This document shows positions 9,073-17,543 of a stretch of DNA of 64,000 nt, one piece after another. This DNA comes from a bacterium (GTDB lineage: Bacteria > Patescibacteriota > Minisyncoccia > Phycocordibacterales > Phycocordibacteraceae), in assembly GCA_021802705.1 (NCBI GenBank), contig JAJZRL010000003.1:14142-78141 (forward strand), in the 5' to 3' direction. The notes under the pieces were generated by a model. That model ran no database searches. It was given only the letters and a program-made list of their open reading frames with translations, and was not told the DNA's origin. The position numbers and the translations under genes were made by a program. Position 1 is the stretch's first letter. Every line of letters begins with the position of its first letter.

Positions 9073-9615
9073 TTATGATTTTGGCAACGAGACTATCTCA
9101 TGTGCGAAACCTAACTTGATCGCCTGATCCGCATCGAGAGTCCTCTCGTTGCGAAGAATCAGCTTCGCCTCCTTCTTGCTCGTCTTGCCGCCAGTCCTTT
9201 CTTCAATGATTCGGAAATATTTCCCTTCCTCAACCAGAAGTTCTTTCTGCATCCGTTCGGCATCGAGAGTGTCGATCTTGACTTTTTCGTCAAAACTCTG
9301 ACTCATATGGTGAAACCATAGAGTCGTTTCTGGCGTGATCACTCGATGATCGCCCATTAGATACAACAGAGGCGCGATAGAGGCAAGCCTGCCGAGTGCT
9401 ACTGTTTGAAGCTTTGGGCGAAGAATGTGGCGAACAAGTTCATATATGGCAAAGGCAGGACTTACCTTGCCGCCACCCGAGCATATAAACAAAGAGATCC
9501 AGTTTCCGCGATTTTCAAGCATCGATTTGCTGAGATCCCCGCCGAGTTTCTCCATACTCCTTCCGTTGACTTCATCAAAGAAGGTTGTTATTTGCGACGG
9601 ACTGCATTGGTGCAT
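9073..9615 (-). CDS. ClpP-like (S14 family) serine peptidase homologue, stand-alone, 180 aa
   Basis: ICSGGGKVSPAFAIYELV resembles ClpP INSPGG-SVTAGLAIYDTM. Ser in GRLASIA, His in WFHHM and a candidate Asp are retained. AAGGAG RBS upstream. No clpX nearby. Confidence 0.55.
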   Translation of the reverse strand: MHQCSPSQITTFFDEVNGRSMEKLGGDLSKSMLENRGNWISLFICSGGGKVSPAFAIYELVRHILRPKLQTVALGRLASIAPLLYLMGDHRVITPETTLWFHHMSQSFDEKVKIDTLDAERMQKELLVEEGKYFRIIEERTGGKTSKKEAKLILRNERTLDADQAIKLGFAHEIVSLPKS

Positions 9616-9652
9616 GATTTCTCCTTAATCCGTGAGTGAAAGAACTGGGGAA

Positions 9653-9681
9653 AATATACATTAGATCTTATAATTTGTCCA
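9653..9681 (-). promoter_or_regulatory. Sigma-70-like promoter (TGGACA-17 nt-TATATT) for the ClpP-like gene
   Basis: On the minus strand, ggtaTGGACAaattataagatctaatgTATATTttcc lies ~40 nt upstream of the AAGGAG RBS. The -35 box is 9 bp from the IS30 terminal repeat. Confidence 0.45.
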
Positions 9682-9689
9682 TACCTTGT

Positions 9690-10647
9690 GGTGAATTCAA
9701 CCCGCTAAAGCACCACCCCAAGCTTCTGATGGCGTCTTCCAGCCGAGGCGTTTCCTCGGCCTCGTATTCAAAGCATACCCCACGACAGCGATTTCCTCCT
9801 CGGACACGAGATCGAAGTCAGTGCCCTTGGGAAAGAACCTGTGTACCAAACCGTTCGTATTCTCGTTCGTCCCACGCTCAAAGGAGGAATACGGGTGGGC
9901 GAAGTACACCTTTGCGTTCGTGAGCGCCTGAAGCTCCCGCCAGTATTGGTTCTCGCTTCCATTGTCGAGGGGTCAGTGTGTGCGCGTACGCTCTTGAGAC
10001 GTCGCGCGACCACGGCGGTTGTCGCTTCTGCCGTCTTCGCGGGCAGTTTCGACAGGAACAGGAGCCCGCTTCGGCGGTCGACGAGCGAATTGAGCCCTGG
10101 AGCGTGGTTCTTGCCTTCGATCGAGTCGCCCTCCCGGTCGCCGAGGCGGGTACGTTTCTCGACGACCGTCGGTCGTGTATCGATGCTCGGTCCTTTCGGG
10201 CGCAAAACACGGCGCGCCTTGCGACCGCCCATCCTCTGCCGGCGTGTATCTGCGCGTACACGAATTGGCATATGGCCTCGTGCGATATCGGCTCGGGCGC
10301 GGTGTTCGCGATCTGCTCGGGCGACCAGCCCGCCTTGAGTCGCTCCACGACGTATACCCTCAGCTCGGGGTACTTCAGGCGCTCTTCCGCGTTCCCGGGA
10401 TTTCCGCTTCGCAAGCGCCCGCTTGTGTGCGAGTCGCGGGGTGTACACCCGCCGTTCGGGAGGCAAGTTCTTGTTGATCTCCCGAACGATCGATGAGTGC
10501 GCCCGCCCCAGCCGCTTCACAATCGACCGTACCGATTCTTTTTCCCACAAGCCGCACTGTATTTCCTCCCGTTCCTCGACGCTCAACTGCCGGTATGCCA
10601 TATCCGCTCATGTTAGCGGAGTGGTGCTTTAGCGGGTTGAATTCACC
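9690..10647 (-). mobile_element. IS30-family insertion sequence (958 bp) with perfect 27-bp terminal inverted repeats and a disrupted transposase
   Basis: GGTGAATTCAACCCGCTAAAGCACCAC at 9690..9716 and its exact reverse complement at 10621..10647. IS30-transposase pieces lie in three frames between them. No clear target-site duplication. Confidence 0.8.
9697..10601 (-). pseudogene. IS30-family transposase, frameshifted or degraded
   Basis: N-terminal HTH (MAYRQLSVEEREEIQ...IVKRLGRAHSSIVREINKN) in ORF 9768..10601. Middle (LKAGWSPEQIANTA...HEAICQFVYAQIHAG) in ORF 9878..10414. C-terminus (ENTNGLVHRFFPKGTDFDLV...LNTRPRKRLGWKTPSEAWG) in ORF 9697..9909. No single intact reading frame; the DDE region is garbled. 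Confidence 0.75.
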
Positions 10648-10737
10648 TGAGGCGCGTTTGCCCGCAAGGAGATTTTATGGTAGGATTTCAGTGCACGATA
10701 CACATCGTGCCTCTTACTGCAAATGGAGAAGATACCG

Positions 10738-11949
10738 ATGAGCGAAACCCATAGATTGTCCGCTTTAAAAAGAGCGGAGCTTGAAGTAAATCGCGAGAGA
10801 ACGAGCGAGGGCTTTCTGAGATTTGAGGTCTCTTCTCCGGAAGCCATAGAGCGTGCATTGTCGGTGAGTGATCTCACCGCCGAAGATGCGCCTGAGCACA
10901 TTGTTAACATCATTAAGGATGAGGTAGTAAAAAACCTGCCCAGGTTGGGAATGGGTGAAGTGCGTATCGTCAGAGGCAATCCAATAGTTTCTGTCGAGGA
11001 TAACTTCGACAAGTTGTTATTCCCCGCGGACAACGCCGGCAGATCGTCTACTTACACTCGATATGTGGATGAGGACCATATCTTACGAACACACACTTCT
11101 GCACCTGTACCGGAAACCCTCAAGAGCTTTTATCAAGAATTCAAGGGCGATATTCCCGATACGGTTTTCGTTTTCCCGGGCTTAGTCTATAGAAGGGATG
11201 TCATTGACCGGAAACATCTTGATGTCTTTCATCAGCTGGATATTTGGACTTTACGGAAAAATGGTTCGAGAGAACCGGTCACGAGCGAAGATTTGTTAAG
11301 CTTAGTCAACATCATCTTCGAATCGGCCTTGCCTGGGAAGCGGCCTATCGTCTACCCCGCCGTTCATCCGTATACTCTCAAAGGAATCGAGGTATATGCG
11401 GAGTTCAACGGGGCGGAGCTTGAAGTTCTTGAAGCAGGACTGGCTCATCCCGAAGTGTTGCGCGGGGCAGGTTTTGATCCAGCTTTATATTCAGGACTTG
11501 CCTTGGGGATGGGCCTTGACCGGCTGGCGATGTCACTGAAAGGAATGTCTGACATTAGGTACCTGCGTTCTAAAGATCCGAGAATCTCCGCGCAGTTGTT
11601 GAATAGCGAAAAATTCAAGGAAGTGTCCAACCAGCCTCCCATTGCTCGTGATATGTCCTATTGTGTTCCAGAAAACTACACAGAGGAGGATATTTGCGAG
11701 GAAATAAAGGATGCGTTTGGAAAAGATGCTTACTTGGTCGAGGATGTAAAGATCGCAGCGAGGACGAAGTACAAAGACCTGCCCCAAGTTGCCAAAAATC
11801 GACTTGGCGCACTTGAAGGACAGGATAATGTTCTCGTTAAGATAACTCTCAGGCATCCCGACAAAACGCTGACGAGAAAAGAGGCTGACGGATTATATGA
11901 CCAGGCCTACCCAAAATTAAATAAGGGAACTAGGGGATACGTTCGCTAG
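10738..11949 (+). CDS. Monomeric phenylalanyl-tRNA-synthetase-like protein: PheS-type class II catalytic core fused to C-terminal FDX-ACB anticodon-binding domain (mitochondrial FARS2-like architecture)
   Basis: PheS motif 1 region NFDKLLFPADNAGRSSTYTRYVDEDHILRTHTSAPV. Motif 2 FPGLVYRRDVIDRKHLDVFHQLD. Motif 3 GLALGMGLDRLAM. C-terminal FDX-ACB-like IARDMSYCVPE...VLVKITLRHPDKTLTRKEADGLYD. GGAGAAG RBS before the second ATG (MSETHRL). Local GC (~48 %) is lower than the surrounding core. Confidence 0.7.
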   Translation: MSETHRLSALKRAELEVNRERTSEGFLRFEVSSPEAIERALSVSDLTAEDAPEHIVNIIKDEVVKNLPRLGMGEVRIVRGNPIVSVEDNFDKLLFPADNAGRSSTYTRYVDEDHILRTHTSAPVPETLKSFYQEFKGDIPDTVFVFPGLVYRRDVIDRKHLDVFHQLDIWTLRKNGSREPVTSEDLLSLVNIIFESALPGKRPIVYPAVHPYTLKGIEVYAEFNGAELEVLEAGLAHPEVLRGAGFDPALYSGLALGMGLDRLAMSLKGMSDIRYLRSKDPRISAQLLNSEKFKEVSNQPPIARDMSYCVPENYTEEDICEEIKDAFGKDAYLVEDVKIAARTKYKDLPQVAKNRLGALEGQDNVLVKITLRHPDKTLTRKEADGLYDQAYPKLNKGTRGYVR

Positions 11950-11999
11950 CGCGAACGACGTTGTTACCCTAAGGGAGTGGCAACATGAGCCGCTCCTTT

Positions 12000-13247
12000 T
12001 TATTTTTCTTCACTATCAAAATGCTTTTTTAAGAAAGCCTCTACCTCGAGTGTTTTTATTGGATCCGCGTATTCGCTTACATATAAATCTGACTCTTGTC
12101 GATGCCTAAGCTCAGACCAGTTTTCTTTTTCTCCAAAAATTCTTCGTGCCCCTTGCATGAGTGATAGCCCGAGATTCGGGTAGACATCGTCCACTCCGTG
12201 CGCGAGGTAATACATGAGGTTGCGTTGGAAAGTGCTTTGTTCCTCCGCCCTTTCATCGTAGTTTGACAAACTATATTTCGGGTAACAGGCGTCAAGAAGC
12301 GTTTTGGGGATATCCCACAATGGCATAAGGAGCTTTGTTCCTCCAAAGCTGCGTGTAGGAAATGAGAGCGGTTTTTGCCCATTTATAAGTGAGAACAAAA
12401 GATCGGCGAGAAGATCCTCTCGGTTAAACCCGAGTAGATATTCTGTTGCCCCAATCTCCCTGCATAATCTGCGCGCTACTAATGAAATGAGATATGTGCC
12501 AAAGAAGTGGTTCGTGTTGCTTCCGAATTTCTCACAATACTCTTCGTAAAACTCGCGAGAAGATCGCTTCATGCGAAGCAATCCCTTGAGATCTGTCTCG
12601 CTAAAAATCTTGTGCTCAAGACCATAAGTTTGACAGAGAAGAGCGGCTCGTTCAGCAGCTGAGGACGGCCAAATAGGATCAAAAATGATCGTAAAAAAGG
12701 TAATATTTACGTCCCTAATCTCTGAAAAATCTTTCAATGCCTGCGCCAGAGTATTGCTATCTCCGCCGCCTGAGATACCAACCACGAGTTTATTGCTTCT
12801 ACTCTCTCGTGTCATAAAGGATTGAACCTTTTCTTTTATGATCTCTCTAGCAGATTCCGGATTAAATTCCTGGATGGTCTCGACGCAACCCTTCTCGCCA
12901 AGAGTAACGCTAGGGATGGCGATAACGGAATTCTTCACATTTTTATATATGATCTTTTGCGGCACAATGCTCCGAAGGTCGGTGTTGCGAATGCAACGCA
13001 GTTCTATCTCTTGATCTTCCGGGATGGTGGATATTATGGTCGTTAGCGGAACTGGAGTTACATTTTTTTCTTTTTTCAAATAGCCCTGAAATAAACTGGG
13101 TGGAAGATGTTTGGCTCGCAAAATCTCTTGCAACGTCACGGCATCAGAGGATCGAATATTTATTTCCTCGGAAACTGTCTTTATAATAATACTTCTGACC
13201 ATGGCGAAGAAATTCCAACGGAAGTTGGCAATTTTATCGAGTCTCAA
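12000..13247 (-). CDS. PP-loop superfamily ATPase (N-type ATP pyrophosphatase, TilS/ThiI/TtcA-like) with uncharacterised ~150-aa N-terminal domain
   Basis: SGGxDS P-loop in KLVVGISGGGDSNTLAQAL at residue ~155. The ORF track start is a TTG; the first ATG (MVRSIIIKTV) gives 12000..13202. Very AT-rich (~40 % GC) relative to the core. Confidence 0.65.
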   Translation of the reverse strand: MRLDKIANFRWNFFAMVRSIIIKTVSEEINIRSSDAVTLQEILRAKHLPPSLFQGYLKKEKNVTPVPLTTIISTIPEDQEIELRCIRNTDLRSIVPQKIIYKNVKNSVIAIPSVTLGEKGCVETIQEFNPESAREIIKEKVQSFMTRESRSNKLVVGISGGGDSNTLAQALKDFSEIRDVNITFFTIIFDPIWPSSAAERAALLCQTYGLEHKIFSETDLKGLLRMKRSSREFYEEYCEKFGSNTNHFFGTYLISLVARRLCREIGATEYLLGFNREDLLADLLFSLINGQKPLSFPTRSFGGTKLLMPLWDIPKTLLDACYPKYSLSNYDERAEEQSTFQRNLMYYLAHGVDDVYPNLGLSLMQGARRIFGEKENWSELRHRQESDLYVSEYADPIKTLEVEAFLKKHFDSEEK

Positions 13248-13533
13248 CTGAAACTCTTAATTGAAAGCGCAGAGCGCCGAGGTACACAAAATATGCTCGA
13301 TTCGCGCATTGGTAAGGCAATCGAGACCCATGTCAGATAAAGAAGCAAACATGTTATTTACCACCTCATTAGATATGGTGCCCTGCCAGTCCATAATCGA
13401 ATTCACATGCATTTTGACGGATGCGACGCTAGACATTGTGGTGAGGTTAAGACCAATAAAGCCAGTAGGCTGGCTTAAACATAGTGTACTCTGGGATTTT
13501 TAAAGTGCAATATATCTAGCAAACCTGTGCAGG

Positions 13534-15102
13534 CTATGACGGACGCGCCACCCACGGCTGTTTGATTCCCGGCTTAAAATAAAGGGGGTCCTCGTATGGC
13601 CAAAAAACGAGTCTCGGCTCCGCACGTTTCCCGAGAAAGTCAGAAAGTTCTCTAAATTCTGAATTTTTTTCGCGCAGATTCTTGATGATTTCTGCAAGAA
13701 GCTCCGACGCAAGAACCTTTGCAATATCCTTCTTCGGTTTCTGTTCAAGATTGATCTCTAGGTATTGGTCGTGGTTTTCATCGTACTTCGTGATGAGCGT
13801 GAGCTTACCGGTCAGGCAGTCGACAAAGCTCTTGTTAAGCAAAACTTCCTTGATTGTCTCGGGATACACCTGGAGGCCGTAAATCGTTGTAGCGAGATCG
13901 ATGCGTTCGAAAACATATACGAATGGCAGCTTGTACACGGAATCACTGATGCCGGCAGCTTGCGCTTCTTTCAAGAGATCGACGCCGTGCGTTTTGTATC
14001 GCTCGATAAGTTCGTTAAATGTGTAGACTCCCCCATAGTCTCCGATGGAGTAGCGGAGAAGCGGCAGTGCACTGTCTCCTGACACGAGGATTTCTCCGTT
14101 GGGCGCTTCAAACGAAACGAATTGCGGTATGTACTGCGCAAACGTCGGCGTCTTTGTGATACCACCGAATACATCGGCAAACAGTTTTTTGTCAGACAGC
14201 GCAAGGCGCCGCGCGAGAATGGAGAAAGGGGTCTCGAACGCCATGGTGCCGATATCGGCGCTCCCATAGATATTAATCGCATCGGTAATAGGATTTTTTA
14301 TGCCAACGCGCTTCGCGACGTAATCACGAAAATGCTCCGTAAACGCCTCGGCCGCAAAAAGGAGGAGTGTGCGATTCTTATCAAAACGAATACCCTGCGC
14401 GAGCGCTTCGTCAATAACATCCTTGAGGAAAGGGGGATACCCTGCGAGAATGATTTGTTTGTATTGTGGCGCGATATTTTCGAGTGCTTTCAAGATTTCC
14501 GCTTTATTTATACCGGGCGTGAGAATGGAGACTGGGTATCCGCGACGGCCCATGAGTTCGAAGGCCTGATAGGTAATGACGCCACCGATCCATACGCCCA
14601 TGCCAAAACAAACAATGACTAACGTCGACTCATTCTTCTTCAGGGAGCTTGAGCGGAAAATGAGTTCGTGGATAAGTGACGACTGTTCGTCGATGCTGGG
14701 TGAACGGGCGAAGTATGTCGGCTTCCCCGTCGAGCCGGAGGTTGCGGTAAGGACATACGGTGATTGAACAGAGCCATGCCACAAGAGATCGGGAAACGGG
14801 TTCTTCCAAAGATAGTTCTTCTTTGTTATGACCGGCACAGAAGCAAGATCTTTCGTCGTACGAACGGCGTCATGACGAAGATGATTTGCACGAAGGAAAT
14901 CCCGATAGGCCGGCACATCGAGCGCCATGCGCTTAAAAAGTGAGTGGGCATGCGTCTTTTCAGCGCGAGACCAGTCGACGCCCTGAAAAGCACGCAAGGT
15001 ATTGAAAAAATTAGCTGGGGAGGAAAAGCCCGACTTGAAAGCCGTCGCCGACGTTTTATGGGACGTCGTTTTAACTGAACTCATGAAATTATATAATACC
15101 AT
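13534..15102 (-). CDS. Adenylate-forming enzyme of the phenylacetate-CoA ligase (PaaK)/coenzyme F390 synthetase family
   Basis: ANL-superfamily phosphate-binding loop LTATSGSTGKPTYF with PaaK-type N-terminal region (...DLASVPVITKKNYL...), 522 aa. Alternative start at the second ATG (MSSVKTTS, 15084). No SD upstream; an A/T-rich promoter-like region at 15103..15150. Confidence 0.7.
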   Translation of the reverse strand: MVLYNFMSSVKTTSHKTSATAFKSGFSSPANFFNTLRAFQGVDWSRAEKTHAHSLFKRMALDVPAYRDFLRANHLRHDAVRTTKDLASVPVITKKNYLWKNPFPDLLWHGSVQSPYVLTATSGSTGKPTYFARSPSIDEQSSLIHELIFRSSSLKKNESTLVIVCFGMGVWIGGVITYQAFELMGRRGYPVSILTPGINKAEILKALENIAPQYKQIILAGYPPFLKDVIDEALAQGIRFDKNRTLLLFAAEAFTEHFRDYVAKRVGIKNPITDAINIYGSADIGTMAFETPFSILARRLALSDKKLFADVFGGITKTPTFAQYIPQFVSFEAPNGEILVSGDSALPLLRYSIGDYGGVYTFNELIERYKTHGVDLLKEAQAAGISDSVYKLPFVYVFERIDLATTIYGLQVYPETIKEVLLNKSFVDCLTGKLTLITKYDENHDQYLEINLEQKPKKDIAKVLASELLAEIIKNLREKNSEFRELSDFLGKRAEPRLVFWPYEDPLYFKPGIKQPWVARPS

Positions 15103-15177
15103 ATATTGTGTGCTAATGTAAAGACTTCCGCGGGTATTCAGTGGCCAGAAGTACTTGAGAGGATTAGGATAGATTTG

Positions 15178-15864
15178 CTATTTATCTGATTTGTTTTGCG
15201 CGATTCCGATGAGCCCATAGTCGCGCGGGAAGAGCTTCTGGGCGATCCTGAATATGCCGTAGGCCATGAAAGGCGCCGCGAATACGTCGATCGAATAGTG
15301 GACGTGGGCTAAAAGCACCGCAACGGCGAAAACGAAAGAAAGCGATAGGAGCGTGGTTCGCAAGACGGGCTTCTGCCAGAAAATGAGCGCCATAAGAAAC
15401 GGGAGGCCGGTGTGCCCCGAGAAGAAGAATCCGGTCTGGAAATCGAGGTAGGTATAAATGCTGTCAAGAAAGCCAGACCCGGGATCTATCTGGCCCGGAT
15501 AGATGCCCACGTGCGTGAGGGAGGTGAAAAACGCGCGGGTCGCGATAAAGAGCGCCACAGCCTTGAGCGTAAAGAGGATGTAGCGTGGCTTTGAAAATAC
15601 GAGGATCGTTCCTGCCACGATACTGAAAAGCGCTCCCTCGACAATGATGAGGTTCAAATTGATACTAGGGATGTTATCGAGAAGGATGTCGCCCACGTAG
15701 ACGGATGTCGGGCGCGTAAGATACGAAAGCGCGTAAACGGAAGCGACATGCTCGAACGCAAACGCGATGACGAGAAGAAAGATAGCGACGGCAAACGAGT
15801 AGAGGTTCTCCTTCTTTAAAAGGTCCCGATAGGTGAAAGGATCCTGGTGAGACGGTGTTTCCAT
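15178..15864 (-). CDS. PAP2-superfamily membrane phosphatase-like protein
   Basis: Six TM helices. PAP2 motif 2 (FFFSGHTG) and motif 3 (LLAHVHYSIDV). Confidence 0.6.
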   Translation of the reverse strand: METPSHQDPFTYRDLLKKENLYSFAVAIFLLVIAFAFEHVASVYALSYLTRPTSVYVGDILLDNIPSINLNLIIVEGALFSIVAGTILVFSKPRYILFTLKAVALFIATRAFFTSLTHVGIYPGQIDPGSGFLDSIYTYLDFQTGFFFSGHTGLPFLMALIFWQKPVLRTTLLSLSFVFAVAVLLAHVHYSIDVFAAPFMAYGIFRIAQKLFPRDYGLIGIAQNKSDK

Positions 15865-15877
15865 TTGTTTACGGTGC

Positions 15878-16285
15878 CTACGGATTATTAAAGCATTTCA
15901 CGCAACGACATCCCCGCGGCTTGATGTGCTCGTCGAAATACTCTTCTCCATAGTCGTACGAGAACTCGTCGCCTGCTTTGATATTCCGAATGGCATCGAT
16001 GAAGATACGGCCCCGCACTATTTCCGGCCTGCAATTGGGACGACAGGAATGATTGATATACCGCGCGATATTCTCACGGGTCGCGCCATCGATCGTCTTG
16101 CGAGAGTTCACTTCGAAAAGATATTTGCTGCGGCTCGTATACGCCTCTTTAGCGGATATCGTCCGGCCGAAATATTCGATGATACGCTCGCCCTTCTTGA
16201 AGGGGCGAGCCGCGAAAAGTCCGAGCCCTGCGGTCGAACGCTTCACAATCACTCCCTCCGGATACGCCGGTTTCTTCTTTCGCAT
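15878..16285 (-). CDS. SET-domain protein (putative protein-lysine methyltransferase), 135 aa
   Basis: Hallmark SET motifs NHSCRPNC and EFSYDYG. Post-SET-like Cys pair CRCVKC at the C-terminus. Confidence 0.75.
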   Translation of the reverse strand: MRKKKPAYPEGVIVKRSTAGLGLFAARPFKKGERIIEYFGRTISAKEAYTSRSKYLFEVNSRKTIDGATRENIARYINHSCRPNCRPEIVRGRIFIDAIRNIKAGDEFSYDYGEEYFDEHIKPRGCRCVKCFNNP

Positions 16286-16299
16286 GTTTCTCCCGGCCC

Positions 16300-16689
16300 C
16301 TACGACTCCGTCGTGATGCCGTCGAAGTGCTCTTCGTGTTCATCGGCTTTCGTCGGCTCGACGAGACCGTCCTTATGCTCCGGCGGCGAGTAAACGGTGT
16401 AAAGCTTCAGGTGGTCCGAACCGGTATTGATAACGTTGTGCCGCGTACCCTCCGGTATGACAACCGCGTCATCCGCTCCGATCTCGTGTACGACGCCGTC
16501 AAGCACGACCTTCCCCTTCCCCGCCTCGAAGCGGATGAATTGGTCGAGATGGTGCACTTCCTCGCCTATCTCCTCGCCGGGAGCAAGGCTCATGAGCACG
16601 AGCTGGCTATGCGTAGCGGTATATAAAACACGGCGGTAATCCGTATTCTCTTTCGTCGCTTGTTCGATATTCGTCAGGTATCCTTTCAT
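16300..16689 (-). CDS. Cupin-domain protein
   Basis: Two-His cupin motifs (GEEIGEEVHHLDQFIRFEAG ... GTRHNVINTG) in 129 aa. Confidence 0.6.
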   Translation of the reverse strand: MKGYLTNIEQATKENTDYRRVLYTATHSQLVLMSLAPGEEIGEEVHHLDQFIRFEAGKGKVVLDGVVHEIGADDAVVIPEGTRHNVINTGSDHLKLYTVYSPPEHKDGLVEPTKADEHEEHFDGITTES

Positions 16690-16709
16690 AGTGCCCTTAT
16701 GATATCACG

Positions 16710-17456
16710 CTAGGAGGAGCTGTCGCGGACATCGATATAGGTCATGGTGAGCGGTTTGCCGCGGACGAGGGTATGGAAGTGATTCGCGGCGTATCGCAAC
16801 CCCATCGTGATGACGCCTTCTTTCGCGAGACGGCGACCGGATGCGTACATAGGGAGCCGGAACGTCCACTTTACCCTTCCGACCTTGCTGATACGCCGCG
16901 CGACATCGGTATCCTCGCCATAAAACTCAATCGTCGTATCGAATCCGCCCGCCTGCTCAAGATGCGTCCTGCGTACGATGAAATTGCCGCCCTGAAGCAT
17001 CGCTCCCGTACGGAAAATGTGGTGGCTTATGAGATGCGATATGTAGCCGAAGAAATAAAAGATGCGGACGAGCGCACGCTGCATGAGCGAGAGATCGTAA
17101 TAAATGAAGGGGCCGCTGAGAGCGGCAAGGCGATCGTTGCTTTCAAATTCGACGAGTACCGTATCGAGCCATCCTTCCGGAAGCATGGTGTCGGAATCGA
17201 TGTTCGCGATAATCTCGCCGGTAGCGGCCATAAGTCCGGCATGGCGCGCGCGCACGAGCCCTTTCCGCGGCTCGTCGACGACGCGTACCCACGGGAAACT
17301 CTTTGCGACCTTTCCCGTGCGGTCCGTGCTTGCGTTGTTGACGACGATGACTTCCGCGTCGCACGAAGCACGCGCAAGCTCCCGTTCCACCGCCGAAAGA
17401 CAGGCTGGGAGGCGCTCTTCCTCGTTATAAGCCGGAATAACGATACTGATGCGCAT
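16710..17456 (-). CDS. Family-2 glycosyltransferase (GT-A fold)
   Basis: MRISIVIPAYNEEERLP with DxD (NIDSD) typical of GT2. Start trimmed to the internal ATG that begins the GT2 fold; the ORF extends to 17540. Confidence 0.7.
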   Translation of the reverse strand: MRISIVIPAYNEEERLPACLSAVERELARASCDAEVIVVNNASTDRTGKVAKSFPWVRVVDEPRKGLVRARHAGLMAATGEIIANIDSDTMLPEGWLDTVLVEFESNDRLAALSGPFIYYDLSLMQRALVRIFYFFGYISHLISHHIFRTGAMLQGGNFIVRRTHLEQAGGFDTTIEFYGEDTDVARRISKVGRVKWTFRLPMYASGRRLAKEGVITMGLRYAANHFHTLVRGKPLTMTYIDVRDSSS

Positions 17457-17543
17457 AGGTAGGTCTATACTCGCACAAAAAGGCAAACAAAGAAAGCCGC
17501 GCGAGCGATGCTCGCGCGGCTGAAAGTGGTTTTGATCCACCGG

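Noticed and set aside
5153-9615. Interpretation of the E1-like/nitroreductase pair as a TOMM (thiazole/oxazole) RiPP cluster
   Set aside because: No YcaO cyclodehydratase, no precursor peptide and no ThiS-like gene within the window. Kept only as an open hypothesis in the findings.
15084-15102. Apparent TATAAT box 3 nt before the second ATG of the PaaK-like gene, suggesting a leaderless transcript
   Set aside because: The spacing to any -35-like hexamer is 19-22 nt and the box is itself within the first codons if the upstream ATG is used. Too ambiguous to call.
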